A stretch of DNA of 64,000 nucleotides from positions 1 through 64,000 of IMG/VR virus record IMGVR_UViG_3300036820_000007; one strand, given 5' to 3'. The DNA comes from a virus. Positions 54,867-64,000 of this stretch are shown piece by piece (position 1 is the stretch's first letter; the number at the start of each line of letters is the position of its first letter). The position numbers and the translations under genes are program-made. Below the pieces are notes generated by a model. That model ran no database searches, was not told the origin of the DNA, and saw only the letters and a program-made list of their open reading frames with translations.

Positions 54867-57800
54867 GTGCTTGCGATCCCGGACGGATTTCGCATCGCTA
54901 GCGCGTACGTAGATGTCAGCCTTAATCAGGACGAACTGCTGCGCCAGCTCGGCGAAGTCGAAGCCGAACTCGACGACCTGACGGCAACGGTCAAGTTCGA
55001 CATCGACCAGAGCAGCCTGGCGGACGCGATCGAGAAAGCCAAGCAGGAGTTTGCGTCCCAGGCTGCCGGGATGCCTGTCGGGTTCGACATCTCCGCGGCG
55101 AGTGTCGCCAAGGCCATCGAGGACGCGAAGGAACTCTTCAGGGCCGCGGGCGTGGCCATGCCGGTCACATTCAATGTGATGCAGCGCAGCATGGGCGCTG
55201 CAGTTTCTGCGGCAAAGGCGTACTTCAGGGCGAACCCGGCGATTATGCCGGTCACATTCAGCGTGACGCAGCGCAGCATGCAAGCTGCCCGCTCTGCCGC
55301 GAATGCGTACTTCAGGGCGAACCCAGTGTCGGTTCCGCTGACGTTCGATGTCAGCCTCGCCAGCCTGGCGAGGGCCACCTTCGGGATATCCCGGTTCGTC
55401 AACGGGCTCTCGGTTCTCACCGGAAGGGCCTACGACGCCACCGGCGCCCTGGTGGTGCTGGACGCAGAACTGGATCGCAAGCAGGCCGCGCTTGCGGGGA
55501 CCGCTTTCGACGCGGGCGCCCTCGGTGCCGTTATCGCCGCCCTGAAGGTCAGAACGGACGGCGCTACCGCAGCAGCCGCGCGCGGCGCGCGCGGCTGGAC
55601 CATCTGGGGCCAGAACGCGGCCACTGTCATCCACTGGATCATCAGCGGATCGGCCGAACTGCTGGCGGTTCTGGTCCCGGCCACGGTCGCCGCTGGGGCG
55701 TGGGCATTCGCCTGGGTTCAGGGTGCGACCAACGTTTACCAGCACCTGAATGCCCTGTTTACCGCTACCGAAGCGCTTGGCCAGGCGTCTGGGCAGACGT
55801 ATGGCGAAATGCTGGGCCTCAAAGGCGTCTGGCAGCAGATTCAGAACGAGGCTAACCCGGACGTCTACCAGGCGCTCGGGGGTGCCCTGAACGTCATTAA
55901 AGAGCAGTTTGGCGGTCTTGCTGAGACGGGCCTGCAGGTCGGCCAGGTATTCGACACGTTCATGGCCAAGCTGGTCTACGACTTCTCGGCCGCAGGGGGC
56001 GCTGGCCAGACCACGGACAAGATCCTGCAGAACATGATTCCTGACCTTACCCGGGTCGGGCAAGTGTTCGGGAACCTAGGGCATTTCATTGCCTCCGCCG
56101 CCTCCCAGATGCCCGGGCTGGCCGAACTCCTCTTGCGCATCCTGGCGGATGGCATCGGTCTCGCATCGGCCCTTGCGCAACTGGCGGCCAGGTTCCAGGT
56201 CGCCGGCATTTCGATCCTCACCTTGGTCATGGGCCTGGAGGAATTCAACCGCTGGGGCTCCCTTATCGTGACCGTGCTGGGCAAGATGGGCCTCGCCACT
56301 GCCGAGCTCAGCGGCGGAACGGGCAGCTACTTCCTTGTCGGCGACCGGTTCCTCGGCATTCTCAAAAACATTTACGGCATCGTGCCAAACCTGGCATTCG
56401 GGATCGCCAGCTTGGCCAGCAGAATCCCCTTGTTTGGTGCCGCAGTCGTGGGTGCCACGGATGACGTTGAGGCCGCAAGGGCCGCATTCATTGGCTGGAT
56501 CGACGACCTGAGCGCTCTGCAGACGCTCGGGATTCTCGTGGTCGCCGTCGGCCTGGGCATCCTGATCGACAAGTGGGTTACGGCCACTTCGGCCGCTCAG
56601 AACTTCACGGCCGCGATCAACAAGCAGGTCGAGGCAGCCCGGGGGCTGAACACCCTCCCCGCCCTCGGTAATGCCCTGGACGATCTTACCCAGAGGCTGA
56701 ATCAGTCGCAGCATTCTGTCGCGGCGCTCCAGGCGTCGATGCCAGCGCTGGCGTCATCGACCACCAGGGCCGGGGTGGCTGCATACGGTTACCGGGCCGG
56801 GCTGGCAGCACAGGCCAGTGGCCTGGACACGGCCAGGGCGGCAAGCCAAACCTACCTGAAGTCGCTGGACCAGCAGGCCCAGAACGTGGGGCTCGCCACG
56901 CACAACGCCCAGATGCTGGCGAACACCTATCACATCTCGGTGCCAGCGGCGATGGCCCTGGCGGGTGCGGCGAACGTGTCGCTGGTCGGCCAGCTGAAGA
57001 CCCAGAGCGGTGCATGGACTGCTGCGGGAGAGCAGATCCGCGACTACGTCACCGGCCTGGGTGCGATGGGCACCGCGTCCGGGATGGTCGGTAACGACAT
57101 GCTGGCCCTGGCGATCCAGGAGGGCGAGCAGGGGACAAAGGTTGAGCAGCTCAACCAGGCCTGGGACTCGTTCATGCAGAACCTGACCGGCGGCACCTCG
57201 GACCTTGGCTCCTTTATCCAGGCCATGGGCAATCTGACCAATATCACCAACACCACGAAGTTCACCCTTTCGCAGTCGACCGAGGGAATGTCGCTGTCGG
57301 TATCACAGTTCGCCAAGGCGCTGACCGGCACCAGCCAGACGTCCGCCCAGGCATGGCAGAACTTCGACCAAGTCCTCGGGTCGACGATGCCGCAGCTTAC
57401 GGACTGGTTCCGCATTGCCCAGGCGGAAGGGGCCGCTACCGGACCCCAGGTTTCCAAGTCCGTCCTGGACATGGCCGCGTCCCTGGTGAAGTACGCGGCC
57501 GACAGTAAGCCCGCGCAGGCTGAACTTCTCGGATTCGTCAATGCCGCTGGCATGAACATCCAGACCTTCCCTCAGCTGGAGAAGGCCATCAAAGCCACGG
57601 GTGCCAGTACCGGGAATCTGTCGAAGAATGTCGATCAGGCCACGATCAAGATGGGCGACATGGCGCAGATCGCCCAGAATCTTGGCGACGTTATGAACTC
57701 GCAGGTTACCAGTTCGATTTCCAATGCCTCGCTGAAAGCTTCTGGGTACTACAACGATGTAAAGAATCTGACCGAAGCCCTGCACGACAACGGCACGGTC

Positions 57801-59108
57801 GGCGGCCACGATGCTGCGTACTGGGCGAACCAGACTGCCATTGCTTATCAGAATGCGCAGACTATCGCAGATGAGGCGACCGGCTCGATCGGCAGGAACT
57901 CGGCCGCGATGCAGCACAATGCTGCCGTCACCGCCGCCAGCCAGTCGATTCGCGAAAAGCTCGCTGACGACCTGGAGAAAGTCAAGACCAATTCGCAGGG
58001 CGCAGAAAGCCTTCTGGAGGCCTACACCCGCGCCGTGCTGCTGAACGGCTCCAACACTGACGCCACGAAGAGCCAGCGGGCGCAGCTGATCAAGGACCTT
58101 GAGCAGACAGGGCTGACCGCCAAGCAGGCCACGGCGCTGGTCAACAACCTGACCAGCTCCATCAAGCACCTCCCGCCATCCGGCGCCTGGGAACTGCTGA
58201 TGACCGGCAAGGGTACCTACACGATCGCCCAGGCGGCTCAGGCCTACACCCATCCCTCGGGCTATCAGGGCACCGGGCCGCCCGTGCCAAACGCCAAGGG
58301 CGGCATGATCGCCGGGCCGGGTGGCCCGACCGACGACAAGGTGCCCGCATGGCTGTCCGCGGGGGAGTACGTCGTCCGGGCGGCCAGCGTCGACAAGTAC
58401 GGCAAGGAGCTCTTCGACGCGCTGAACACCGGCCACTATGCCGCCGGCGGCCTGGTCGAGCAGGGCACCAACGTGCTGACCGGCCAGTACATCAGCACGA
58501 TGCAGGGCGCGATGAAGACGACGGTCCAGAACGCGCTGGTAGGCGCCATGCTGGCGGCTCTGCACTCATCCGAGAAAGCCGCGGCATCGAGCGGCGGCGG
58601 GGGGTACGCCGGGCCGGGTGGCGGCAGCGCGTCCGCCAACGAGGCCCTGGCGCGATCGCTGTTCCCGTTCGGGTCCTCCCAGTGGCAGGACTTCGTCAAC
58701 ATTGCGATGCGCGAGTCCGGTTTCAGCAATACGGCCATGAACCCTTCGGGTGCCTACGGGATCGCGCAGGCGCTGCCGTCGAGCAAGTACCCGCTGGCCG
58801 GCCGCCCGCCGAGCGAGGGAGGCTCGTCCAACCCGACCGCTCAGATCACCTGGATGTTCGATTATATCCGTGGTCGGTATGGTACGCCCGCAAATGCGTG
58901 GGCTCACGAGCAAAGTGCCGGATGGTACGATAAGGGCGGTTTGCTCATGCCCGGCGTCACCACGGCGGTGAACACGACGGGGCGGCCGGAGACGGTGCTG
59001 CCGAACAGCGGCGGCATCAACGTCAACTTTTACGGCACGCAATTCCCCGGGCCCGAGCAGATCCAGGCTTTCACCATGGCCCTCACAAGCGCTATTGCTC
59101 ACGCCTGA
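54867..59108 (+). CDS. tape measure protein with C-terminal lytic transglycosylase-like domain
   Basis: 1413 aa, Ala-rich; RESG...GAYGIAQALP...YIRGRYG. Confidence 0.9.
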   Translation: MLAIPDGFRIASAYVDVSLNQDELLRQLGEVEAELDDLTATVKFDIDQSSLADAIEKAKQEFASQAAGMPVGFDISAASVAKAIEDAKELFRAAGVAMPVTFNVMQRSMGAAVSAAKAYFRANPAIMPVTFSVTQRSMQAARSAANAYFRANPVSVPLTFDVSLASLARATFGISRFVNGLSVLTGRAYDATGALVVLDAELDRKQAALAGTAFDAGALGAVIAALKVRTDGATAAAARGARGWTIWGQNAATVIHWIISGSAELLAVLVPATVAAGAWAFAWVQGATNVYQHLNALFTATEALGQASGQTYGEMLGLKGVWQQIQNEANPDVYQALGGALNVIKEQFGGLAETGLQVGQVFDTFMAKLVYDFSAAGGAGQTTDKILQNMIPDLTRVGQVFGNLGHFIASAASQMPGLAELLLRILADGIGLASALAQLAARFQVAGISILTLVMGLEEFNRWGSLIVTVLGKMGLATAELSGGTGSYFLVGDRFLGILKNIYGIVPNLAFGIASLASRIPLFGAAVVGATDDVEAARAAFIGWIDDLSALQTLGILVVAVGLGILIDKWVTATSAAQNFTAAINKQVEAARGLNTLPALGNALDDLTQRLNQSQHSVAALQASMPALASSTTRAGVAAYGYRAGLAAQASGLDTARAASQTYLKSLDQQAQNVGLATHNAQMLANTYHISVPAAMALAGAANVSLVGQLKTQSGAWTAAGEQIRDYVTGLGAMGTASGMVGNDMLALAIQEGEQGTKVEQLNQAWDSFMQNLTGGTSDLGSFIQAMGNLTNITNTTKFTLSQSTEGMSLSVSQFAKALTGTSQTSAQAWQNFDQVLGSTMPQLTDWFRIAQAEGAATGPQVSKSVLDMAASLVKYAADSKPAQAELLGFVNAAGMNIQTFPQLEKAIKATGASTGNLSKNVDQATIKMGDMAQIAQNLGDVMNSQVTSSISNASLKASGYYNDVKNLTEALHDNGTVGGHDAAYWANQTAIAYQNAQTIADEATGSIGRNSAAMQHNAAVTAASQSIREKLADDLEKVKTNSQGAESLLEAYTRAVLLNGSNTDATKSQRAQLIKDLEQTGLTAKQATALVNNLTSSIKHLPPSGAWELLMTGKGTYTIAQAAQAYTHPSGYQGTGPPVPNAKGGMIAGPGGPTDDKVPAWLSAGEYVVRAASVDKYGKELFDALNTGHYAAGGLVEQGTNVLTGQYISTMQGAMKTTVQNALVGAMLAALHSSEKAAASSGGGGYAGPGGGSASANEALARSLFPFGSSQWQDFVNIAMRESGFSNTAMNPSGAYGIAQALPSSKYPLAGRPPSEGGSSNPTAQITWMFDYIRGRYGTPANAWAHEQSAGWYDKGGLLMPGVTTAVNTTGRPETVLPNSGGINVNFYGTQFPGPEQIQAFTMALTSAIAHA

Positions 59109-59128
59109 GCGGTCCCAGGAGGCGCTGA

Positions 59129-60397
59129 GTGTCGACGCCGCTGCCACCTTCGCCGCCGACCCCGGCAACACCCGGCGAGGACTACGTCCTGGATTTCAGC
59201 TTCGCTGATTACCAGACGGGCAGCGCGGTCGACCCGAGTCAGGTCGAGCTCGACATCACTTACGGCGAGGCGGTCGGCCTCACCACGGACGTGACCGGGC
59301 CGTTCACCTGGACGGGCGCTACCGCGGCGGCACCAGGGACGCTGTGGCGTACCGGGGTGGGCCAGTACTCGTTCTGGTGGGCCATCCCGGCCAGCGCGCT
59401 GCCAGGCGTCTACGTCGCCAACTGGACCAGCACCTACGGCCCGGCCGGCGACACATTCCTGGCCTTCGAGAACTTCCCGGTCATCGGCGGCGCCCCGTTC
59501 GTCACCCCACCGCCGGGCGACGTCGGGTTCTGGACCGGAAGCCTCACCTACTCGCCAAGCTGGGCCACCTCGCCGATCGTCATCCCGTTCGGGTCGGTCG
59601 ACGCCAACGGCATCTGCTGGCAGTGGCAGTCCATCCAGGGCTGGGACTCGCCGCCGACCGCTGGGCAGGGCGTCATTCAGCGCTCGGCCGACCAGGGCGG
59701 CTGGGCGGCCCCGCAATTTTACGGCCCCAGGATCATCACGCTGACGATCATGGCCAGCGCGCCCACCCAGGCAATGCGCGACTACGCGCGGGCTCTGCTG
59801 CAGCAGGCAGTCCCGGTCAATGATCTGGCCGTCCTGCTGTTCAATGAGCCCATACCAAAGGTGGCATACGTCCGCCGCAACGCCACGGCGTCGGTGACCG
59901 AGTCCTGCCCGACCCTGACCGACGTGATCTTCACCATCCCCATGGTCGCGCCGGATCCGCGCAAATACGCCGTGCCTGCGCAGTCGGCGGGCCTGGTCAT
60001 CGGGCCGCCGCCGGCGGGCAACCTGGCGCTGCCGTTCTCGCTGCCGGTGTCGTTCCCCGGCAACATCCCGCCGTCGGCGACGTCGATCACCGCCTACAAC
60101 ACCGGGACGTTTGAGACCCGGCCGAATCTGGCGATCGGCGGCCCGATTACCAGTCCGGCCGTCGTCAACGCGAACACCGCGGAGACGGTCAGCTTCACCG
60201 GCCTGACGCTCGGCCCCACCGACCAGCTCGTCCTGGACATGGACAACCGGCAGCCTCTATTGAACGGCACGTTCTACCCGGCGGACGTTTCGTCCGCTTG
60301 GTGGGTATTGGAGCCGGGTGCAACCCAGATATACCTAAATGGGATCACCACCGGGGGAGCTAGCTTGACCGTTTCGTACAATCCCGCCTACATCTAG
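59129..60397 (+). CDS. distal tail (Dit)-like minor tail protein
   Basis: Follows tape measure; GPRIITL, APDPRKY, NTGTFETRP. Confidence 0.7.
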   Translation: MSTPLPPSPPTPATPGEDYVLDFSFADYQTGSAVDPSQVELDITYGEAVGLTTDVTGPFTWTGATAAAPGTLWRTGVGQYSFWWAIPASALPGVYVANWTSTYGPAGDTFLAFENFPVIGGAPFVTPPPGDVGFWTGSLTYSPSWATSPIVIPFGSVDANGICWQWQSIQGWDSPPTAGQGVIQRSADQGGWAAPQFYGPRIITLTIMASAPTQAMRDYARALLQQAVPVNDLAVLLFNEPIPKVAYVRRNATASVTESCPTLTDVIFTIPMVAPDPRKYAVPAQSAGLVIGPPPAGNLALPFSLPVSFPGNIPPSATSITAYNTGTFETRPNLAIGGPITSPAVVNANTAETVSFTGLTLGPTDQLVLDMDNRQPLLNGTFYPADVSSAWWVLEPGATQIYLNGITTGGASLTVSYNPAYI

Positions 60398-60405
60398 GAG
60401 GGATT

Positions 60406-61479
60406 GTGGCGACAAGCGCGAATTGTGGTATTCCGCTATGGGTTGATGACCCCACGATGGACGCCTCGGCGCCATTTCGCAACTACGAAATCGGGACAAA
60501 GGTATATAACGGCGGCACGACGTCGGCCAACCAGATTCCCGGCGGAGTTTTCCCCGGCATGGGCGCCATGGCCGTCAACGCCGCTGGCGGCATGAATGTC
60601 TCTGTTAATGCGGGTTATTGCTGCTGCCCGAACTCAAGCTCGGCCCTCCAGGGCGCCTATGTGTTCGGCTTGATGAATGCCCAGACATTCGCCCTGAACA
60701 CCGCCAGCGCCACGTTCCCGCGGATCGACACCATCGTCGCCAACGTGGCTGACCTGGGCACCGACGCCTCTGCGGCCTACGTCCAGGTAGTCACCGGCGC
60801 CCCGGCTGCCGCGCCCACGCCTCCCGCGTCCCCTGCCAACTCGATCACGCTGGCGCAGATCCTCGTCGGCGCCGGGGTCACCAGCGTCACGGCCGCGAAC
60901 GTGACCGACGCGCGCAGCTATGTGGTCGCTCCCGGCGGCATTCTGCCCATCCCCAATGAGGCTGCCGCCCCCGCAGTGCCGGCCACGCAATTTCTTTACA
61001 ACATCGCCACCAATCAGCTGGTCACCGGCAGCGGGACCGCGGGCTCAGTGGTCCTGCCGTCGATCCTGCCCTGGGCACCGCAGGTCGCCGTCGGCACCGC
61101 CAACGTCTTCGCCGCATCGGCGGGTGCCTCAACCGGCGTCTTGTCAGCGTCGGTGACCACCGCCGGCGAAGACATCGAGATGTACATCAAGTGGACTGGT
61201 ATCGAGGGGTCCGCCCAGTACATCGCAATGAACGTGACGGTCGACAGCGCGCTGGCCGGAAGCCTGGACGTGGTCTCACTGGGGACCACCTCGTACGCGA
61301 CCGCGGGCGGGTCGGCCCACTTCTACACCTCATCGGCGCAGGGCAACACGCCTGTCGCGGGCACCCACACGATCGCCTGGAAGTTCCAGGCCGGGGGCAC
61401 GGGCACCTCCGTGCACGACGGGATCATCGCCACGTCCACGTCGCCGTCGATCCTGCGGATCGCACCAGTCACCACCTGA
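60406..61479 (+). CDS. minor tail protein
   Basis: PRIDTIV, LAQILV, TDARSY. Confidence 0.7.
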   Translation: MATSANCGIPLWVDDPTMDASAPFRNYEIGTKVYNGGTTSANQIPGGVFPGMGAMAVNAAGGMNVSVNAGYCCCPNSSSALQGAYVFGLMNAQTFALNTASATFPRIDTIVANVADLGTDASAAYVQVVTGAPAAAPTPPASPANSITLAQILVGAGVTSVTAANVTDARSYVVAPGGILPIPNEAAAPAVPATQFLYNIATNQLVTGSGTAGSVVLPSILPWAPQVAVGTANVFAASAGASTGVLSASVTTAGEDIEMYIKWTGIEGSAQYIAMNVTVDSALAGSLDVVSLGTTSYATAGGSAHFYTSSAQGNTPVAGTHTIAWKFQAGGTGTSVHDGIIATSTSPSILRIAPVTT

Positions 61480-61515
61480 CATCTTCCTGAACTCGCGAGG
61501 GGCGGTGCGCCCTTC

Positions 61516-63867
61516 GTGTCCTACCCCGTGCCGGGCTATCCGCTTTACGTCGACGGCGCCTACTACACCGCCGCGCAGTGGCGCGAGCTCGACGGCGGCA
61601 CTTCGGTGCAGGACGCGGGCTCCCCGTCCTCGGTGTTCCCGGCCAGCGGCGTCTACCCGGACTCCGGCACCGCCATGCAGGTGCTGCCCGGCGGCGGCAT
61701 GACCGCAACCGTCAACGCGGGCTACTGCTCGATCGCCTCCTCGGCCGGGGTGGGCGCGTACCGGTTTGGCCTGATGCAGCAGGCCACGCTGACCGTGGCA
61801 GCCAACTCGACCGGGTCGACCCGGCTGGATTATGTGATCGCCGGGGTCAGCGACGACGGGTCCGGGTCCACGTCTGCCGTCGAGTACCTGGCCGGCACCA
61901 CCTCACCCCCCGCTCAGCCCGCCAACTCGCTGCTGCTCGCCGAGATCTCGGTCCCCAACGGCGCCTCCTCGGTCACCTCCGGGGACATCACCGACCTGCG
62001 GACGTTCGTGGCCGCGCCCGGGTGCATCGTGCCGGTCATCTCCGCGGCGGACGCGCCGTCGGGCCCGACGGGCCAGCTGTACTACAACGTCGCCAACGGG
62101 CAGCTTCTGTACTCGCCGGTGACTGACGTCGTGGAAGAGCTCACCGGAACCGGCAACTGGACCTGCCCCTCGTACGTGTCCGCAGTGGCCGCCCGGGCAA
62201 TCGGCGGCGGCGGCGGGGGTACAGGGGTCGTCTCAGGCGCCGGCGGATCAGCCACGTTCACCGCCTCGTCCAGCTGGACCGCCCCTACCGGGGTGAGCGC
62301 TGTCACGGTGGAATGCTGGGGCGCGGGCGGCTCGGGCGGAGGCAGCGAGCAATACTACTACGGCTCTGGCGCCGGTGGCGGCGGCGGCGGCGGCGGCTTC
62401 TCGGCCGGGACCGTGCCGGTCACCGCCGGGAGTTCTTACCAGGTCACCGTTGGTGTGGGCGGCAACTCAGCCAGCGGAACCGCTTCCGGTAACAACGGGG
62501 GCCCGTCTTCGTTTACCGGGGATGCGGGATCAGGCGGGGCACCCGCAACGATCACCGCAGGCGGCGGCCAGCGGGGGTTCTCGTCTTCGGCCGGCAACTC
62601 CGGAGAAGGCGGAGCTGGTGGCAGCGGGGACTGGACGGGCGGCACCGGCGGCCAGGGCGGAAGTTACGACGGCGGCGGCGGCGGGGGCGGCGCCGGGGAC
62701 GGGTCGGATGGCGGCTCGGGCGGCCATCCAGCCGCAGGCGCCGGCGGCGCCGGCGGCGGCAGCGGCGGTGCTGGCGGCAATACCGGCGGCGAGTACGGCG
62801 GCAGCGAGGCAGGCGGCGCCAACGGCGGCTCGCCCGGGGGTGGCGGTGGCGGTGGCGGCACGCCGCAAATTCCCGACTCCGGTCCTTCCGCATCCGGCGA
62901 CGGCGCCAGGGGCATGGTCATCTTGTCCTGGACCCCGTTCGGGTCCGGCGGGGGGGGCGGGGGCGGGGGCGAGGAAGCCTACGAGCCCGCGATGGCCGTC
63001 AGTTCCGGCCAGTCATATTCCTACTCGGTAGGAACAGGCGGCGGCGACAGCGCCGACGGGACGGCCACAACATTCACTGCCAGGACAGTGACCCTGGCTG
63101 CCAGCGGCGGCCAGGCCACCGATGAGCTGGCCACCGGAGGAGCCGGCGGTACCGGCAGTTCCAACACTCAGCATTTCGACGGCGGCGCCGCGGGCACTGG
63201 CTCCACGGGATCGGGCCAGGAAGGCTTCGGCGGCGGCGGCGGTGCTTCCGGGTCGACGACCGGCACCGGCGGTGCTGGAGGTAACGCAACCGCTACTGCG
63301 GCGGGGGCCGGGGGAACGGCAGGACCTTACGGGGGCGCCGGGGGCACCGGTGGCGGCGGCAACGGCGCCAACGGGGCCGCGCCTGGCGGCGGCGGGGGAG
63401 GAAGCAGCGGGGAAAGCCTCGGCTACTCCGGCGGCACCGGCGGCGGCGGGTCGCTGACCCTCACTTACACGATCGCGCCGGGGGCCATCCCGTACCAGCT
63501 GGCCAGCACCCGGTCCTGGTACCAGTACGAGCCCGCGGGCTCCCTGTCGTCGGTGAGCCTGTCCATGACCGCCGACGGGATCAGCGACTACGAGATCAGC
63601 GTGTGGGCGGCCAACACTGGCCCCAAGGTGAGCGCCACCCACGGCCAGCTGCAGATCCTCGCCGACGGCAAGCAGCTCGACGCGATCAGCGCCCAGTCCT
63701 CGACGGGCGTAACCAAATCCGGGTACTGGAACGCAGGCTGGACGTTCTATACCTCCGGCGCGCAGGGCACCACCCTGTCCCAGGGTGCCCACACGATCGA
63801 ATTCACTTCGTCGTTCGGCACCCTGGAAGGCCCGGCATACGTCCGCGTCACGCAGGTGCTCGCGTAG
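61516..63867 (+). CDS. glycine-rich minor tail protein
   Basis: N-terminal domain paralogous to 60406; long GGxG-rich region. Confidence 0.75.
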   Translation: MSYPVPGYPLYVDGAYYTAAQWRELDGGTSVQDAGSPSSVFPASGVYPDSGTAMQVLPGGGMTATVNAGYCSIASSAGVGAYRFGLMQQATLTVAANSTGSTRLDYVIAGVSDDGSGSTSAVEYLAGTTSPPAQPANSLLLAEISVPNGASSVTSGDITDLRTFVAAPGCIVPVISAADAPSGPTGQLYYNVANGQLLYSPVTDVVEELTGTGNWTCPSYVSAVAARAIGGGGGGTGVVSGAGGSATFTASSSWTAPTGVSAVTVECWGAGGSGGGSEQYYYGSGAGGGGGGGGFSAGTVPVTAGSSYQVTVGVGGNSASGTASGNNGGPSSFTGDAGSGGAPATITAGGGQRGFSSSAGNSGEGGAGGSGDWTGGTGGQGGSYDGGGGGGGAGDGSDGGSGGHPAAGAGGAGGGSGGAGGNTGGEYGGSEAGGANGGSPGGGGGGGGTPQIPDSGPSASGDGARGMVILSWTPFGSGGGGGGGGEEAYEPAMAVSSGQSYSYSVGTGGGDSADGTATTFTARTVTLAASGGQATDELATGGAGGTGSSNTQHFDGGAAGTGSTGSGQEGFGGGGGASGSTTGTGGAGGNATATAAGAGGTAGPYGGAGGTGGGGNGANGAAPGGGGGGSSGESLGYSGGTGGGGSLTLTYTIAPGAIPYQLASTRSWYQYEPAGSLSSVSLSMTADGISDYEISVWAANTGPKVSATHGQLQILADGKQLDAISAQSSTGVTKSGYWNAGWTFYTSGAQGTTLSQGAHTIEFTSSFGTLEGPAYVRVTQVLA

Positions 63868-64000
63868 ATGCCTCTCACTGCGGCCCAGCTGGCCGCGATC
63901 GGCGCCCCTCCGGCAAACCCCACGTCCGAATACAGATACATTGCAACTGATCTTTTGTCGGGCGCCATTCTCGGCGACTGGATCCCGATGGACGGCACCT
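63868..64000 (+). CDS. minor tail protein, 5' part (truncated by window)
   Basis: ATG directly after stop; YRYIATDLLSGAILGDWIP. Confidence 0.55.
   Translation, partial: MPLTAAQLAAIGAPPANPTSEYRYIATDLLSGAILGDWIPMDGT

Noticed and set aside
62947-62970. G8 tract as a phase-variation site
   Set aside because: Explained by poly-glycine codons; frame intact

Overview
High-GC tailed (siphovirus-like) actinobacteriophage or prophage segment. It has two divergent arms. Left arm (1-15.4 kb, minus strand): about 35 small, mostly unknown ORFs plus a DUF3631 P-loop protein. Most of these ORFs start behind the same GAGAGGAG RBS, and about 20 are preceded by a covarying pseudoknot-like RNA element. The array lies downstream of a ~640-nt, highly structured non-coding leader with a sigmaA-like promoter near 16.04 kb. 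Right arm (17-64 kb, plus strand): terS; a 2.9-kb foreign insertion (intact archaeal-type threonyl-tRNA synthetase plus a TauD remnant) that splits a DUF6221-like gene; terL; accessory genes; a portal-Nudix-ParB fusion that carries a copy of a capsid-protein peptide and appears joined to MuF by a -1 frameshift; a MuF intein whose endonuclease is encoded antisense; protease/scaffold, capsid, neck, fibre/spike genes, a Wzy-like moron, major tail protein, frameshifted tail chaperones, tape measure and minor tail genes. The window ends inside a tail gene. I saw no integrase, lysis genes, tRNAs or CRISPR array. All family calls come from motif recognition by eye, not database searches.
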